A DNA stretch of 36,890 bases, taken from contig JAFXKQ010000058.1 of assembly GCA_017531625.1 (NCBI GenBank), positions 1 to 36,890 of the forward strand. Direction: 5' to 3'. Below are positions 25,910 to 35,443 of the stretch, one piece after another. The notes under the pieces are model-generated. The model was not told the DNA's origin. It made no database searches and saw nothing but the letters and a program-made list of their open reading frames with translations. Source of the DNA: Clostridia bacterium. GTDB taxonomy: Bacteria > Bacillota > Clostridia > Oscillospirales > CAG-382. The first letter of the stretch is position 1; each line of letters begins with the position of its first letter. The position numbers and the translations under genes are program-made.

Positions 25910-27403
25910 TTATTCAGCAACTACGCTAGCCGTACCGGTAGCGATGTCAAGGCTTACATTGTAAGTGCCGAGGGGGAGATAGAAGTTGTCGCCTTCGGTA
26001 GCGGGATCAGCGTACCAATCCTTGATGCCGAGTTCGGAACCGAACACAACCTTAACAGCCATAACGCCGGGTTTGCTCTGAGCAACCATCCAGTTGTAGT
26101 CAGCAAGGCCGGTAGCGTCATAAACTTCGAGTTTGCCGGTTGCAACGCCGTCAACAACCTCAAGCTTGGGGGAAACGCCTTCTTTAACTGCGAAGTTAAC
26201 AGCGTTGCCTTCAGCGTCGAGGAGAGTACCTACAACGTAGTAATCGCAAGCCTGAACAGCGATGCTGTTGTCAGCAACGGTGTACTTAATAGCGTATGTA
26301 CCTGCGGAGAGGAAGATGTTAGCCATACCGCCGTCAACGCCGTAGTCGGAACCGCTGATGTGGTTGATGAGCTTGATAGCAGCGCAAACTTCGCCGGAAG
26401 CGTTGTTTTCGTCAGTTGCAGTCCAATCTGCGTAATGATCTTCGGTGATGGTGATGAAGCCACTCCAAGTGGTCTTGTCTTCGGACTCAGCGAGAGCAAA
26501 GGTCTTGTCGTCATTTGCCCATTCGTTAACTGTACCGTAAACGTACATTTCGTGGGTCTGAGTCATGGGCTCGATCTTTTCGATGAGCTCGAACTGAATT
26601 TCATTGTAAGAGATGCTGTTGGGGTAAGTGATAAGAGTGATCTTGTACTTACCGTCGTGACCCTCGTTGAGGATAGCGTTCCAGCTTACAGAAGTGTTGT
26701 TGTTTTCGTCGCCGCCGATGAACACAACTTCGCCGTCTGCGTTCTTAACTTCAGCGTACTTCTGATCTTCAGCAGTAACTTCACCTTCAGCGGGCTTGTT
26801 GGGGTTAATGCCTGCAGCGTATTCGCAACCTGCGAAGCCGCCGATACCGAACTGGCCATCCCAGCTGCCGTCGTGGCAGATCTGGAAACGGTCGCCTGCG
26901 AACATTTCGATTTCGATGGTGTAAACGTTCTTATCGGTGATGGAAGTATCCTTGGTCATCTTAAGGTTTTCAGCGCTTGCTGTGTGATCCCAGCCGCTAA
27001 CCTTCATAGAACCGCTACCTGTACCGATGAGGTAGTATTCGGTAGTATCTTCAACATAAACTTCGCTACGGAAAGCAGCGAAAATGTCAGTATCAGCTTC
27101 AACTGCAACAGCAAAGTCAAACGCTGTGCTGCAGCTTGCTTCTGCAAACCAGCCTGTGAAGGACTTGTCTGCAACTTCGGGAGTCCAAGAAGTAAGAGTT
27201 GTGCCCTTAGCAACCTGTTCTTCCTTAAGAACTTCAGAACCGTAGTACCATGTAACGGTAACGTTTTCGGAATCAGCTACGCTTTCATCAACGGAAGCGT
27301 CAGCAGAGCTCTCGTCCTTAGAATCGTCGCCGCAAGCCGCAAAAGAGGTCACGGTCATAACAAGAACGAGCAACAATGCGATGATAGATAAAAATCTTTT
27401 CAT
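25910..27403 (-). CDS. Non-catalytic lipoprotein with an InlB-B-like repeat and three putative starch-binding modules
   Basis: Lipobox SFAAC, FTGWF...FDF repeat, modules starting YYLIGT, MYVYGT and YYVVGT. ATG 27403 follows RBS GGAAGGAG. Confidence 0.7.
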   Translation of the reverse strand: MKRFLSIIALLLVLVMTVTSFAACGDDSKDESSADASVDESVADSENVTVTWYYGSEVLKEEQVAKGTTLTSWTPEVADKSFTGWFAEASCSTAFDFAVAVEADTDIFAAFRSEVYVEDTTEYYLIGTGSGSMKVSGWDHTASAENLKMTKDTSITDKNVYTIEIEMFAGDRFQICHDGSWDGQFGIGGFAGCEYAAGINPNKPAEGEVTAEDQKYAEVKNADGEVVFIGGDENNNTSVSWNAILNEGHDGKYKITLITYPNSISYNEIQFELIEKIEPMTQTHEMYVYGTVNEWANDDKTFALAESEDKTTWSGFITITEDHYADWTATDENNASGEVCAAIKLINHISGSDYGVDGGMANIFLSAGTYAIKYTVADNSIAVQACDYYVVGTLLDAEGNAVNFAVKEGVSPKLEVVDGVATGKLEVYDATGLADYNWMVAQSKPGVMAVKVVFGSELGIKDWYADPATEGDNFYLPLGTYNVSLDIATGTASVVAE

Positions 27404-27530
27404 AAATGTTCTCCTTCCCAAAAATTGGTTTAATGAGTTATCTATGGTACACGGCGATGCCGCAATACCCTAAAAATTACATAGCGACAGCGAGGTCAAG
27501 TTTTATCTCTCTCCCCGCTGTTGCACACCT

Positions 27531-27559
27531 ATTATAAATTAACAGTAAATAATTGTCAA
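27531..27559 (-). promoter_or_regulatory. Consensus sigma-A promoter of the starch transport operon
   Basis: TTGACA-N17-TATAAT. Confidence 0.85.
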
Positions 27560-27638
27560 TACATTCTTTGAAAAAACGGAGTAATGGTAAATTTTACGTA
27601 GCGTTTTTTGTGCACTTTGCTAATTTATTAAAAAACAA

Positions 27639-30335
27639 TCAGCTCTTTACGTAAACAAGAACTCCGACGGAAGGAACCGTAACAGCACCGCTGTCTGTGC
27701 TCAGGATTTCAGCCCCTGCGACTTTTTCGTTAGCAACAAGGTTCCACTCGCCATCAAGCTCGTAGTTTACCGTCTCCTCTGTTGGGTTAATAAGAACGAG
27801 AGCGTAATCCCCCATGTGGTTGTCAAACAGCGCAGTCATTCCGCCGCCGTCAAGGTCGCCGAACTTGACATTAACGTTACCCTGGCCTTGGAAAACGCTG
27901 TAAGCCTTACGCATTTCAATAAGCCCCTTGTAGTAGAGCATGGTTTCGTACTGCAAACTACCTTCTTCAAGAACTTCCCAGTCAATGTTGTTTATCTCAT
28001 CGCCGGACTTGTAGCTGTTTTCGTCTCCGTCCTTGGTTCTGAGCATTTCCTCACCCGCCTGCATAAAAGGCGTCCCCTGAGAAATCATCAGGATGGCAGC
28101 GCCGAGCTTGTTCATAGCTACTCGCTCTTCATCGCTGTTTTCGGGGTTGGAAAGAAGAAGCTTATCCCAAAGTGTGTTATTGTCGTGTGCGCTCATGTAA
28201 TTAATTACAGAAGCCTTTTTTACCTGCCAGCCTGCCGCATTGCCGACGCCGCCTGCTATGCCAAACTTAACCTTTGAAGCGGTGGAAACCCAATCGCCGC
28301 TTATGTAGCCCTTCGAAGCTTTGTCAAAAACACTGCCCTTAAGTCCGTCACGTATCGCATCGTTGAAAACCGCTACGCTACCCGCCGCTCCCTCGGAGGC
28401 GATGATGCGGCTTATGTTGCTTTGGTTAGCCTGAGCGCTGCCGTCAATGGTGCTGCCCATCGTCCAACCTTCGCCGTAAATCAAAGCGTTGGGGTTGATT
28501 GCGTGAACCGCTTCTTCGATGAAATCCATGGTTTCCAGATCGTGAAGCCCCATGAGGTCGAAACGGAAGCCGTCAAGCTTGTACTCTTCAGCCCAGAAGC
28601 TGACGCTGTCGATCATAAACTTTCTGAACATGTAGCGTTCGGAAGCCGTGTCGTTTCCGCAACCGCTGGCACTTGAATTAGCTCCCGATGCGGTGTAGCG
28701 GTAGTAGTAATAAGGTACTATGCGATTAAACGAGCTGTTAGCGTCATAGGTGTGGTTGTAAACAACGTCCATTACCACGCCGATTCCCGCTTGATGGAGG
28801 GATGCTACCATCTGCTTGAACTCGTTAATTCTGACCTCACCGTTAAATGGGTCGGTGGAATAACTGCCCTCGGGCACATTGTAATTTTTGGGATCGTAGC
28901 CCCAGTTGAAACCGCTGTCGGGATTAGCCTCGTCAACCGTAGCGTAATCGTAAACAGGGAGAAGATGAACGTGAGTAACACCAAGCTCCTTGAGGTAATC
29001 AACCCCAACGCTTACACCTTCGCTGTTTTTAAGTCCTGTTTCTGTAAACGCAAGGTACTTGCCCTTGTACTTTGAATCCTCGATTTTGTTACTGAAATCT
29101 CTTACGTGTACCTCCCAGATAACAGCCTCGGTGTATTTGTCAGTACCTGCCGAGTACTCCTCGTTCCAATTATCGGGATTTGTAAGGGAAAGATCGACCA
29201 CCATGCTGCGGTCGCCGTTAACCCCTGCGGATTTGGCATAAGGGTCGGTGGCGGTCTGCGTACCTACGGAAGTTGTCACGGTGTAGGTGTAGTAAGTGCC
29301 GTGTCCGCAGTCCTTTTGCGTGTGAACCCAAACACCGCCGTCTTCCTTAACCATCTCAACGGATTCAAAAGCTTCGCCGCCGTTGCCTGCTTCGTAAAGA
29401 TTAATGACAACCTTTGAAGCGGTAGGAGCCCACACCTTGAAAGTAGTGCTGTCGCCGTTGATTACGGGGCCTAAGTCATCACCGTCATAAGTGTAGTCGG
29501 CAATAAACTCTTCGCTGTCAAAAATCGCTGTGGGCACAATCGGCTTTCTGCCGTAACCTTCAATTTCGATTTCGTAGGTTTTAGAAAGTTCAAGTTTCTC
29601 GCCGAGAGTAACGTTACCTATGGTAACCTCGTTATCAAGACTGCTGAGGGCAAGAACGGGAATCTCGCGTTCGCCGTCATAAACCTTTACCTGATCAAGA
29701 GAAGTGAGTCTTACCTTAGGAGTAACACTGTATTGCACCGTATCAAAGGCAACAAGCCCCGCAATGCTGAAATGTTTAATCATGGTTAAAGTTTTGCCTC
29801 CGTCCTCGCTTGTGTACTGAGAAGCGTCACCGCTTTTGAGGTAAATCACCGTATCCTCGCCGGTTATGACCGCAAAGCGGTCCTCTGCGTAATCCTTCGT
29901 AGCCGTTCCCCAGGAATTACCGCCCGGATCGGAACAGCCGTATCTTACGATAAAACCAACCTGCTCTATTCCAACGGGAACGTTGACAACAGCCTTAGCA
30001 CCGTAGTCACAAGGGTGCAGAATGTAACCGCTGCCTTCTTTTCCGTCCCACCAGATCCAAACGTCGCTGTCCTCGATCACGCCGGGGTACGACCAATAGA
30101 ACGTGAGCTGATTGAAGCCCTCTTCCTTTTCAAGGGTGTACTCTTCACCGTTTGAACCCGAAACCTCTGCTCCCTCTGAATCATCGGAACCTTGGGATGA
30201 GCTGTCGGAACCGTCCGAAGCTTCAACGGCGGAAGAATCCGACGCACCGTCATCTTCAGGCGATGAACACGCAGTAAAGCAAAGGCTCAAAATCATCAAA
30301 ATGCTTAAAACGAACGATAAAGTGCGTTTTTTCAT
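27639..30335 (-). CDS. pulA: Type I pullulanase lipoprotein (GH13 with N-terminal CBM41-like and CBM48 modules)
   Basis: Lipobox CFTAC, VWIWW module, FKVWAPTA, NWGYDPKNY, GFRFDLMG, YGEGW, AHDN. ATG 30335 follows RBS GAAAGGA. Confidence 0.94.
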   Translation of the reverse strand: MKKRTLSFVLSILMILSLCFTACSSPEDDGASDSSAVEASDGSDSSSQGSDDSEGAEVSGSNGEEYTLEKEEGFNQLTFYWSYPGVIEDSDVWIWWDGKEGSGYILHPCDYGAKAVVNVPVGIEQVGFIVRYGCSDPGGNSWGTATKDYAEDRFAVITGEDTVIYLKSGDASQYTSEDGGKTLTMIKHFSIAGLVAFDTVQYSVTPKVRLTSLDQVKVYDGEREIPVLALSSLDNEVTIGNVTLGEKLELSKTYEIEIEGYGRKPIVPTAIFDSEEFIADYTYDGDDLGPVINGDSTTFKVWAPTASKVVINLYEAGNGGEAFESVEMVKEDGGVWVHTQKDCGHGTYYTYTVTTSVGTQTATDPYAKSAGVNGDRSMVVDLSLTNPDNWNEEYSAGTDKYTEAVIWEVHVRDFSNKIEDSKYKGKYLAFTETGLKNSEGVSVGVDYLKELGVTHVHLLPVYDYATVDEANPDSGFNWGYDPKNYNVPEGSYSTDPFNGEVRINEFKQMVASLHQAGIGVVMDVVYNHTYDANSSFNRIVPYYYYRYTASGANSSASGCGNDTASERYMFRKFMIDSVSFWAEEYKLDGFRFDLMGLHDLETMDFIEEAVHAINPNALIYGEGWTMGSTIDGSAQANQSNISRIIASEGAAGSVAVFNDAIRDGLKGSVFDKASKGYISGDWVSTASKVKFGIAGGVGNAAGWQVKKASVINYMSAHDNNTLWDKLLLSNPENSDEERVAMNKLGAAILMISQGTPFMQAGEEMLRTKDGDENSYKSGDEINNIDWEVLEEGSLQYETMLYYKGLIEMRKAYSVFQGQGNVNVKFGDLDGGGMTALFDNHMGDYALVLINPTEETVNYELDGEWNLVANEKVAGAEILSTDSGAVTVPSVGVLVYVKS

Positions 30336-30372
30336 AATCAATAAGTCCTTTCTAAGCTTTTTTATCTTAACC

Positions 30373-30401
30373 ATTATAACATCAAAACCAAAGTCCGTCA
30401 A
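30373..30401 (-). promoter_or_regulatory. Sigma-A promoter of the pullulanase
   Basis: TTGACG-N17-TATAAT with extended -10 TG. Confidence 0.8.
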
Positions 30402-30421
30402 CTTTCAAATTTTACAAAAAA

Positions 30422-30693
30422 ACGCCACTGAGCTTCCCGGCGGCGGCAAGATGATGACAAATTCGTCATCGTCTTGCCGGACTGCTGAGAAAGCGTGCAG
30501 ACAAGACGAACCGAGGCGAGAGCCGTACTAAGCACTGCAAGCCAAGGTTCGTTTTGAACGAAAAAACAAGGTGAAATGCAGAAAAATCGGGGGTTCCCCG
30601 ATTTTTCAACTTTAAATCAATAAATTTATTTTTCTTTTTCGTGCTCTGTGCCTTTGTCATCGGTCTGACCGCCACTAGAAAACTCAGTGGCGG
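30422..30693. repeat. Hairpin-rich intergenic element with inverted palindromic ends (MITE/REPIN-like or ncRNA)
   Basis: 25-bp ends match 19/25 in inverted orientation. Internal stems at 30444-30479, 30502-30556 and 30581-30607. Confidence 0.55.
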
Positions 30694-30700
30694 CAGAATG

Positions 30701-31204
30701 TTATTTATCTTCAGCAGCCGGAAGCAACTGTTCCTCAAAACGTTCGATTTTTCTTACCGTAAATAAAGCAATTACCGAAAGAAAAATGTCGGTCAGTGAA
30801 AGGAAAACCAAAGAATAAACGGTTTTTAAAGAGTTCATTATCTCATCGGGCCCAATCGCTTCACTAACGAGGACCAAAACAATAAAAGCAACGCTGAAAG
30901 CGAATGTAAGTACCGAAGCAAGGAATCCGCCGACGAGAACGGTACTTAATGCCTTTTTATTTTTCTCCCCTGCCCCGAAAACACTGATAAGCCTGCCTTT
31001 GCGCCTGAGGTCTGCGGTTTCAAGGGCAAAAAGCGCAACTAAAATCAATGCAAAAAGGCAAAAAACAGAAAGTAACGAAAGACTCATTTTGTCTGTGAGG
31101 AATCCCATGGAAGTGTTTTGAGAGGTAATCACCGCAAACACAATAAAAACTACGGATAGAACGATGTTCACATGAGCAGAAATTTTAAGTGCATTCAATC
31201 TCAT
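30701..31204 (-). CDS. Hypothetical membrane protein (about 4 TM)
   Basis: Hydrophobic 167-aa ORF starting 9 bp after the upstream gene, with an AGGAG RBS. Confidence 0.75.
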   Translation of the reverse strand: MRLNALKISAHVNIVLSVVFIVFAVITSQNTSMGFLTDKMSLSLLSVFCLFALILVALFALETADLRRKGRLISVFGAGEKNKKALSTVLVGGFLASVLTFAFSVAFIVLVLVSEAIGPDEIMNSLKTVYSLVFLSLTDIFLSVIALFTVRKIERFEEQLLPAAEDK

Positions 31205-31212
31205 TCCGACTC

Positions 31213-32298
31213 CTATTCTGCGACAAAAATGATGTCGCTTACGTCACGCCCACCCTGTGTAGGACGGTTCGCAACCTCGTCACCGAAGGTCATCATCGAA
31301 GTTTTTCCGCCGTCAAGGTTGTAACCCGAAACACAACCGTGCTCCGCAAGAAGCTCGGAAAGCTGTTCAAGCGTCGCGCCGCGGGAATAACCCTCCTGCC
31401 TGCCGTCAACAACAACAAAGCAGTAATGCCCCGGCTCAAAGTAACCGATGGCAGTTCTGGGATTAATTCCGGAGATGTCACGGTTTCCGGTAAAGCTCTC
31501 AATGGCAGAGCCATCCTCGTTAAGCAAGGCGGGGCCGAAATTCCAAGCCTGGTAGGCGCCGTTGGCGCAAACCTCATCAATGTCAAACTCGCCTTCCAAG
31601 TAGGTTTTCATCACGCCGTCGGAAAAGATAACACAAACGTCATCGGTGGCTGTTTCACGGTAAACCGTGCCGTTTCTGATAACCACACCTCTTCGGTGAA
31701 TCCCGTAGTAGTCACCGTTTATCGCAACTACTGCGCTGTTTTTGGTGGCCATTTTCAACGTTTCTTCGTTGATGCTCTGCCCATAGGTATCATAAGCGAA
31801 GGCGGTTTTCAAATTTGAAATGTGCCTTACGTAAACGTCCGCAAAGTAGTAGCACATATCGCCGTTGACATTGTTTTCAATCTTGTAGAGATTAACAATG
31901 ACATTTTCACCGGCGTAGCTCTTGTAAGCGTCCTCGTCCACGGAAGCGTTTTCAAAAACGGAAGTGAAATCTCCCTTTTCTGCGCTCGCCTCCGACTGTT
32001 CTTCGGTTTCTTCGCTTTCAAGGCTCTCTGCATTCTCTGTGCTTTGTTCGCTTGCTTCAATTGTCTCGCTTACCGAGTCGGATTCCTCAAATCTCACGCT
32101 GTCTGACGGTTCGTCCGAGCTGTCCTCCCAACCCAAATCAACTTTTGAAAATTCTCTGTCGCTGTAATCAACCACCCTTACATGATGGAAATACGCGAAG
32201 GTACAAAGAGTAATTCCAATGGCAACGGCATCCAACAGTATTATCAGCCAAAGGGGAAAAAGCTTCTTTGTTTTTTTGTTTTTTTGTGATTTCTCCAA
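31213..32298 (-). CDS. Phosphodiester glycosidase (NAGPA domain) family protein
   Basis: N-terminal TM, acidic linker, AINGDYY, NPRTAIG, VVDGR, YNLDGGKTS. Confidence 0.92.
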   Translation of the reverse strand: MEKSQKNKKTKKLFPLWLIILLDAVAIGITLCTFAYFHHVRVVDYSDREFSKVDLGWEDSSDEPSDSVRFEESDSVSETIEASEQSTENAESLESEETEEQSEASAEKGDFTSVFENASVDEDAYKSYAGENVIVNLYKIENNVNGDMCYYFADVYVRHISNLKTAFAYDTYGQSINEETLKMATKNSAVVAINGDYYGIHRRGVVIRNGTVYRETATDDVCVIFSDGVMKTYLEGEFDIDEVCANGAYQAWNFGPALLNEDGSAIESFTGNRDISGINPRTAIGYFEPGHYCFVVVDGRQEGYSRGATLEQLSELLAEHGCVSGYNLDGGKTSMMTFGDEVANRPTQGGRDVSDIIFVAE

Positions 32299-32411
32299 AA
32301 AAATTCATCTCCGTTTAATCTGTATTGCTTATAAGATTACAGTAAGTATAACATACAATTTTATAATTTAGCTTAAATTTCCATAAGAAAAATAAATTTT
32401 TTTATTTTTGC

Positions 32412-32439
32412 TTGAATTAAAGTAAAAAAGTGCTATAAT
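32412..32439 (+). promoter_or_regulatory. Sigma-A promoter for the GT2-GtrA gene
   Basis: TTGAAT-N16-TATAAT with extended -10 TG. Confidence 0.6.
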
Positions 32440-32537
32440 TAGCTTGATAAAAAGCAACTTTCGGCATAATAAACAGCTTACAACGGCCAAATAGAGCGCC
32501 GAATACTGTGTGCTCTTTTCAGCGAGGTGTGACTCAA

Positions 32538-33569
32538 ATGCAAAAAGCAACCATTGTAATCCCCGCCTATAAACCCATCGAAAAGCAACTTGTTCCCTTG
32601 ACCGAGGCGTTGCTCAGGGAGTTCTCTGTGCTTTTGGTTGATGACGGCGGCGGTGAAGAATACGCCCCCGTGTTTGAAAAGCTCAAAAAGCTGGGGGCAC
32701 GTGTTCTCGTACACGAGGTTAATAAGGGCAAGGGCGCCGCATTAAAAACAGCAATAAAATACCTAAAAGCCACAGGTGAAGAACACTTGGTTGTTACGGC
32801 AGACGCCGACGGTCAGCACACGGTAAAAGACATAAGAGCCGTTGCGGCAAAGCTGGCTAAAAACAAGGATAAGCTGGTTTTAGGTGTCAGGAGCTTTAAA
32901 AACATGCCTGCACGTTCCAAAATCGGGAACTCCGTTACCCGTTTCTTTTTCCGTGCGGTGACAGGACTTCAGATTTCGGACACCCAAACGGGTCTGAGAG
33001 GATTTTCCAGCCAGCTGTTTGATAAACTTGTTACAGCCAACGGCGACCGTTACGAGTACGAAATGAACGTGCTTCTTTCCTTGAAGGATTGGCGCATCGG
33101 GTTTACCGAAGTACCGATTGAAACGGTGTACATTGACGGTAATTCCTCCTCTCATTTTCATGCCCTGCGTGACAGCTTTACTGTAATAGGACAGGTTTTG
33201 AAGCATACGGCGGCATCATTTTTCTGCACAGCCCTTGATTATGTACTTTTCTTTATTTTTGAAAAGTATCTTACGCCCGAATGGGCTTATGTGTGTGCAA
33301 GAGGCATGAGCGCGGTTTTAAATTACCAGTTGAGTTGCCGTGTGGTGTTCAACAGTAAACCCTCTGTTATCACAGCCATTTCTTACGGGTTATTGGTCAT
33401 CGCCTCCTTCTCCATCGGAGCGATCGGAGTCTGGTTCCTGTGCGAAATCGGAGTTCCAAGCCTCGTTGCTAAAATCCCCGTAGACTCTGTACTGTTTTTC
33501 GCGAATTACTTTGTTCAAAAGAACGTGGTTTTCAACAATTCGGGGAGCCACGAAGACGTGGAGGAATAG
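32538..33569 (+). CDS. Bifunctional GT2 glycosyltransferase / GtrA family protein
   Basis: IPAYKP, VDDG, NKGKGAALK, DADGQH, DTQTGLRGF, then four C-terminal TMs. ATG 32538 follows GAGGTG. Confidence 0.93.
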   Translation: MQKATIVIPAYKPIEKQLVPLTEALLREFSVLLVDDGGGEEYAPVFEKLKKLGARVLVHEVNKGKGAALKTAIKYLKATGEEHLVVTADADGQHTVKDIRAVAAKLAKNKDKLVLGVRSFKNMPARSKIGNSVTRFFFRAVTGLQISDTQTGLRGFSSQLFDKLVTANGDRYEYEMNVLLSLKDWRIGFTEVPIETVYIDGNSSSHFHALRDSFTVIGQVLKHTAASFFCTALDYVLFFIFEKYLTPEWAYVCARGMSAVLNYQLSCRVVFNSKPSVITAISYGLLVIASFSIGAIGVWFLCEIGVPSLVAKIPVDSVLFFANYFVQKNVVFNNSGSHEDVEE

Positions 33570-33629
33570 AATAGCAACTCTAACAAAACAGCTGTTTCAT
33601 TTATCAAAAGGCTATTTAAGCCATAAACT

Positions 33630-33665
33630 AAGCCCTGCTTTCCGAAAAAAGCAGGGCTTTTGTTT
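33630..33665. terminator. Intrinsic terminator between convergent genes
   Basis: AAGCCCTGCTTT-N6-AAAGCAGGGCTT followed by TTGTTT. Confidence 0.85.
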
Positions 33666-33715
33666 TACGTATTCAAAAATTCAGTTGTTAGAGCACGAAA
33701 GCCAAAACCGTTTTA

Positions 33716-35443
33716 CTACGCTCTGTTTTTGATGTCGTCAAGAATCTTTGCAGAGATTTCGTCATAAGTCTTAACGCCCATGTCGCCGTCCTTCCAGGAA
33801 CGGATGCTGATGGTGCCGTTTTCAACTTCCTTATCACCGACAACGAACATGTAAGGCACCTTTTTAAGCTCGTGCTCGCGAATCTTGTAACCGATCTTTT
33901 CGTTTCTGTTATCAACCTCGGTTCTGACACCTGCAGCCTTAAGCTTTGCTTCGATGCCGGCAGCATACTCCTTAGCTCTGTCGGTAATGGGAAGAACCAC
34001 AACCTGAACGGGGGCCAACCAAAGCGGGAATGCTCCTGCGTAATGCTCAATCAAAACGCCTATAAATCTCTCGATAGAACCGAGAACAACACGGTGGATC
34101 ATAACAGGGCGGTGCTTTTCGCCGTCAGCACCGGTGTATTCAAGCTCAAACCTTTCGGGGAGCTGGAAGTCAAGCTGAATGGTACCGCACTGCCATGTAC
34201 GTCCGAGGCAGTCTTCAAGATGGAAGTCGATCTTAGGACCGTAGAAAGCGCCGTCGCCTTCGTTTATCTTGTAATCTCTGCCAAGGTCTTCAAGTGCGCC
34301 CTTCAAAGCGTTTGTAGCCATTTCCCAATCAGCGTCATCACCCATGTGATCCTCGGGCATGGTAGAAAGCTCGATGGTGTACTTGAAACCAAAGAGGGAG
34401 TAAACCTCGTCAATAAGACTTACAACGCCCTTAATTTCGTCTCTGATCTGTTCCTTAGTCATAAAGATGTGAGCATCGTCCTGAGTAAAGCAACGAACTC
34501 TCATAAGACCGTGGAGCGCACCGCTGAGCTCGTGACGGTGAACGAGACCAAGCTCGCCCATGCGAAGGGGTAAATCACGGTAGGAATGCATCTCAGACTT
34601 GTAAACCAAGATTCCGCCGGGGCAGTTCATGGGCTTTATAGCGAAGTCGGTTTCGTCGATAACCGTGGTGTACATGTTGTTCTTGTAATGACCCCAGTGA
34701 CCGGAACGTTCCCAGAGGTCACGGTTGAGCATCATGGGAGTAGAAATCTCTTTGTAGCCTGCCTTGGTGTGAATCTCACGCCAGTAGTCGATAAGGGTGT
34801 TCTTTACGATCATGCCCTTGGGAAGGAAGAAGGGGAAACCGGGACCCTCGTCCATCATCATAAACAAGCCAAGTTCTTTACCAAGCTTTCTGTGGTCACG
34901 CTTCTTAGCCTCTTCAACTGCTTCAAGATAAGCATTAAGCTCGTCCTTGGAAGCGAACGCCGTACCGTAGATACGCTGAAGCATCTTATTGTTGCTGTCG
35001 CCTCTCCAATAAGCTCCGGTGCTGGAAGTAAGCTTAAACGCCTTAACCTTCTTTGTGTAATTAACGTGAGGGCCTGCGCAAAGGTCAACAAACTCGCCCT
35101 GACGGTAGAACGAAAGTTCTGCATCCTCGGGCAAATCGTTTATCAATTCAATCTTATAAGGCTCGTCCTTCATAAGTTCAAGAGCGTCTTCGCGGGAAAG
35201 TACGCTTCTCTCAAGCTTAAGGTTCTCCTTAACTATCTTAGCCATTTCAGCTTCGAGCTTTTCGAGAACCTCGGGAGTGAAGGGAACCTCACAATCGATG
35301 TCGTAATAAAACCCGTTGTCAATAGCGGGACCGATAGCAAGCTTTGCCGAAGGGTAAAGCCTTTTAACCGCCTGTGCGAGAACGTGGGAAGCGGTATGTC
35401 TGAGAGCGTAAAGCTCGCTGTTCTTATAATCCTCCATTTTCAA
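33716..35443 (-). CDS. thrS: Threonine--tRNA ligase (short form lacking the TGS domain)
   Basis: LRHTASH, DLCAGPH, RDHRKLG, KPMNCP, FYGPKID, GSIERF. Confidence 0.98.
   Translation of the reverse strand: MKMEDYKNSELYALRHTASHVLAQAVKRLYPSAKLAIGPAIDNGFYYDIDCEVPFTPEVLEKLEAEMAKIVKENLKLERSVLSREDALELMKDEPYKIELINDLPEDAELSFYRQGEFVDLCAGPHVNYTKKVKAFKLTSSTGAYWRGDSNNKMLQRIYGTAFASKDELNAYLEAVEEAKKRDHRKLGKELGLFMMMDEGPGFPFFLPKGMIVKNTLIDYWREIHTKAGYKEISTPMMLNRDLWERSGHWGHYKNNMYTTVIDETDFAIKPMNCPGGILVYKSEMHSYRDLPLRMGELGLVHRHELSGALHGLMRVRCFTQDDAHIFMTKEQIRDEIKGVVSLIDEVYSLFGFKYTIELSTMPEDHMGDDADWEMATNALKGALEDLGRDYKINEGDGAFYGPKIDFHLEDCLGRTWQCGTIQLDFQLPERFELEYTGADGEKHRPVMIHRVVLGSIERFIGVLIEHYAGAFPLWLAPVQVVVLPITDRAKEYAAGIEAKLKAAGVRTEVDNRNEKIGYKIREHELKKVPYMFVVGDKEVENGTISIRSWKDGDMGVKTYDEISAKILDDIKNRA

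Noticed and set aside
18388-27391. Long plus-strand ORFs (457, 411 and 499 aa)
   Set aside because: They are antisense shadows of strongly codon-biased minus-strand genes and show no recognisable motifs.
30466-30738. 90-aa minus-strand ORF across the hairpin-rich region
   Set aside because: No RBS or motif, and it overlaps the upstream gene end. The structure points to non-coding DNA.
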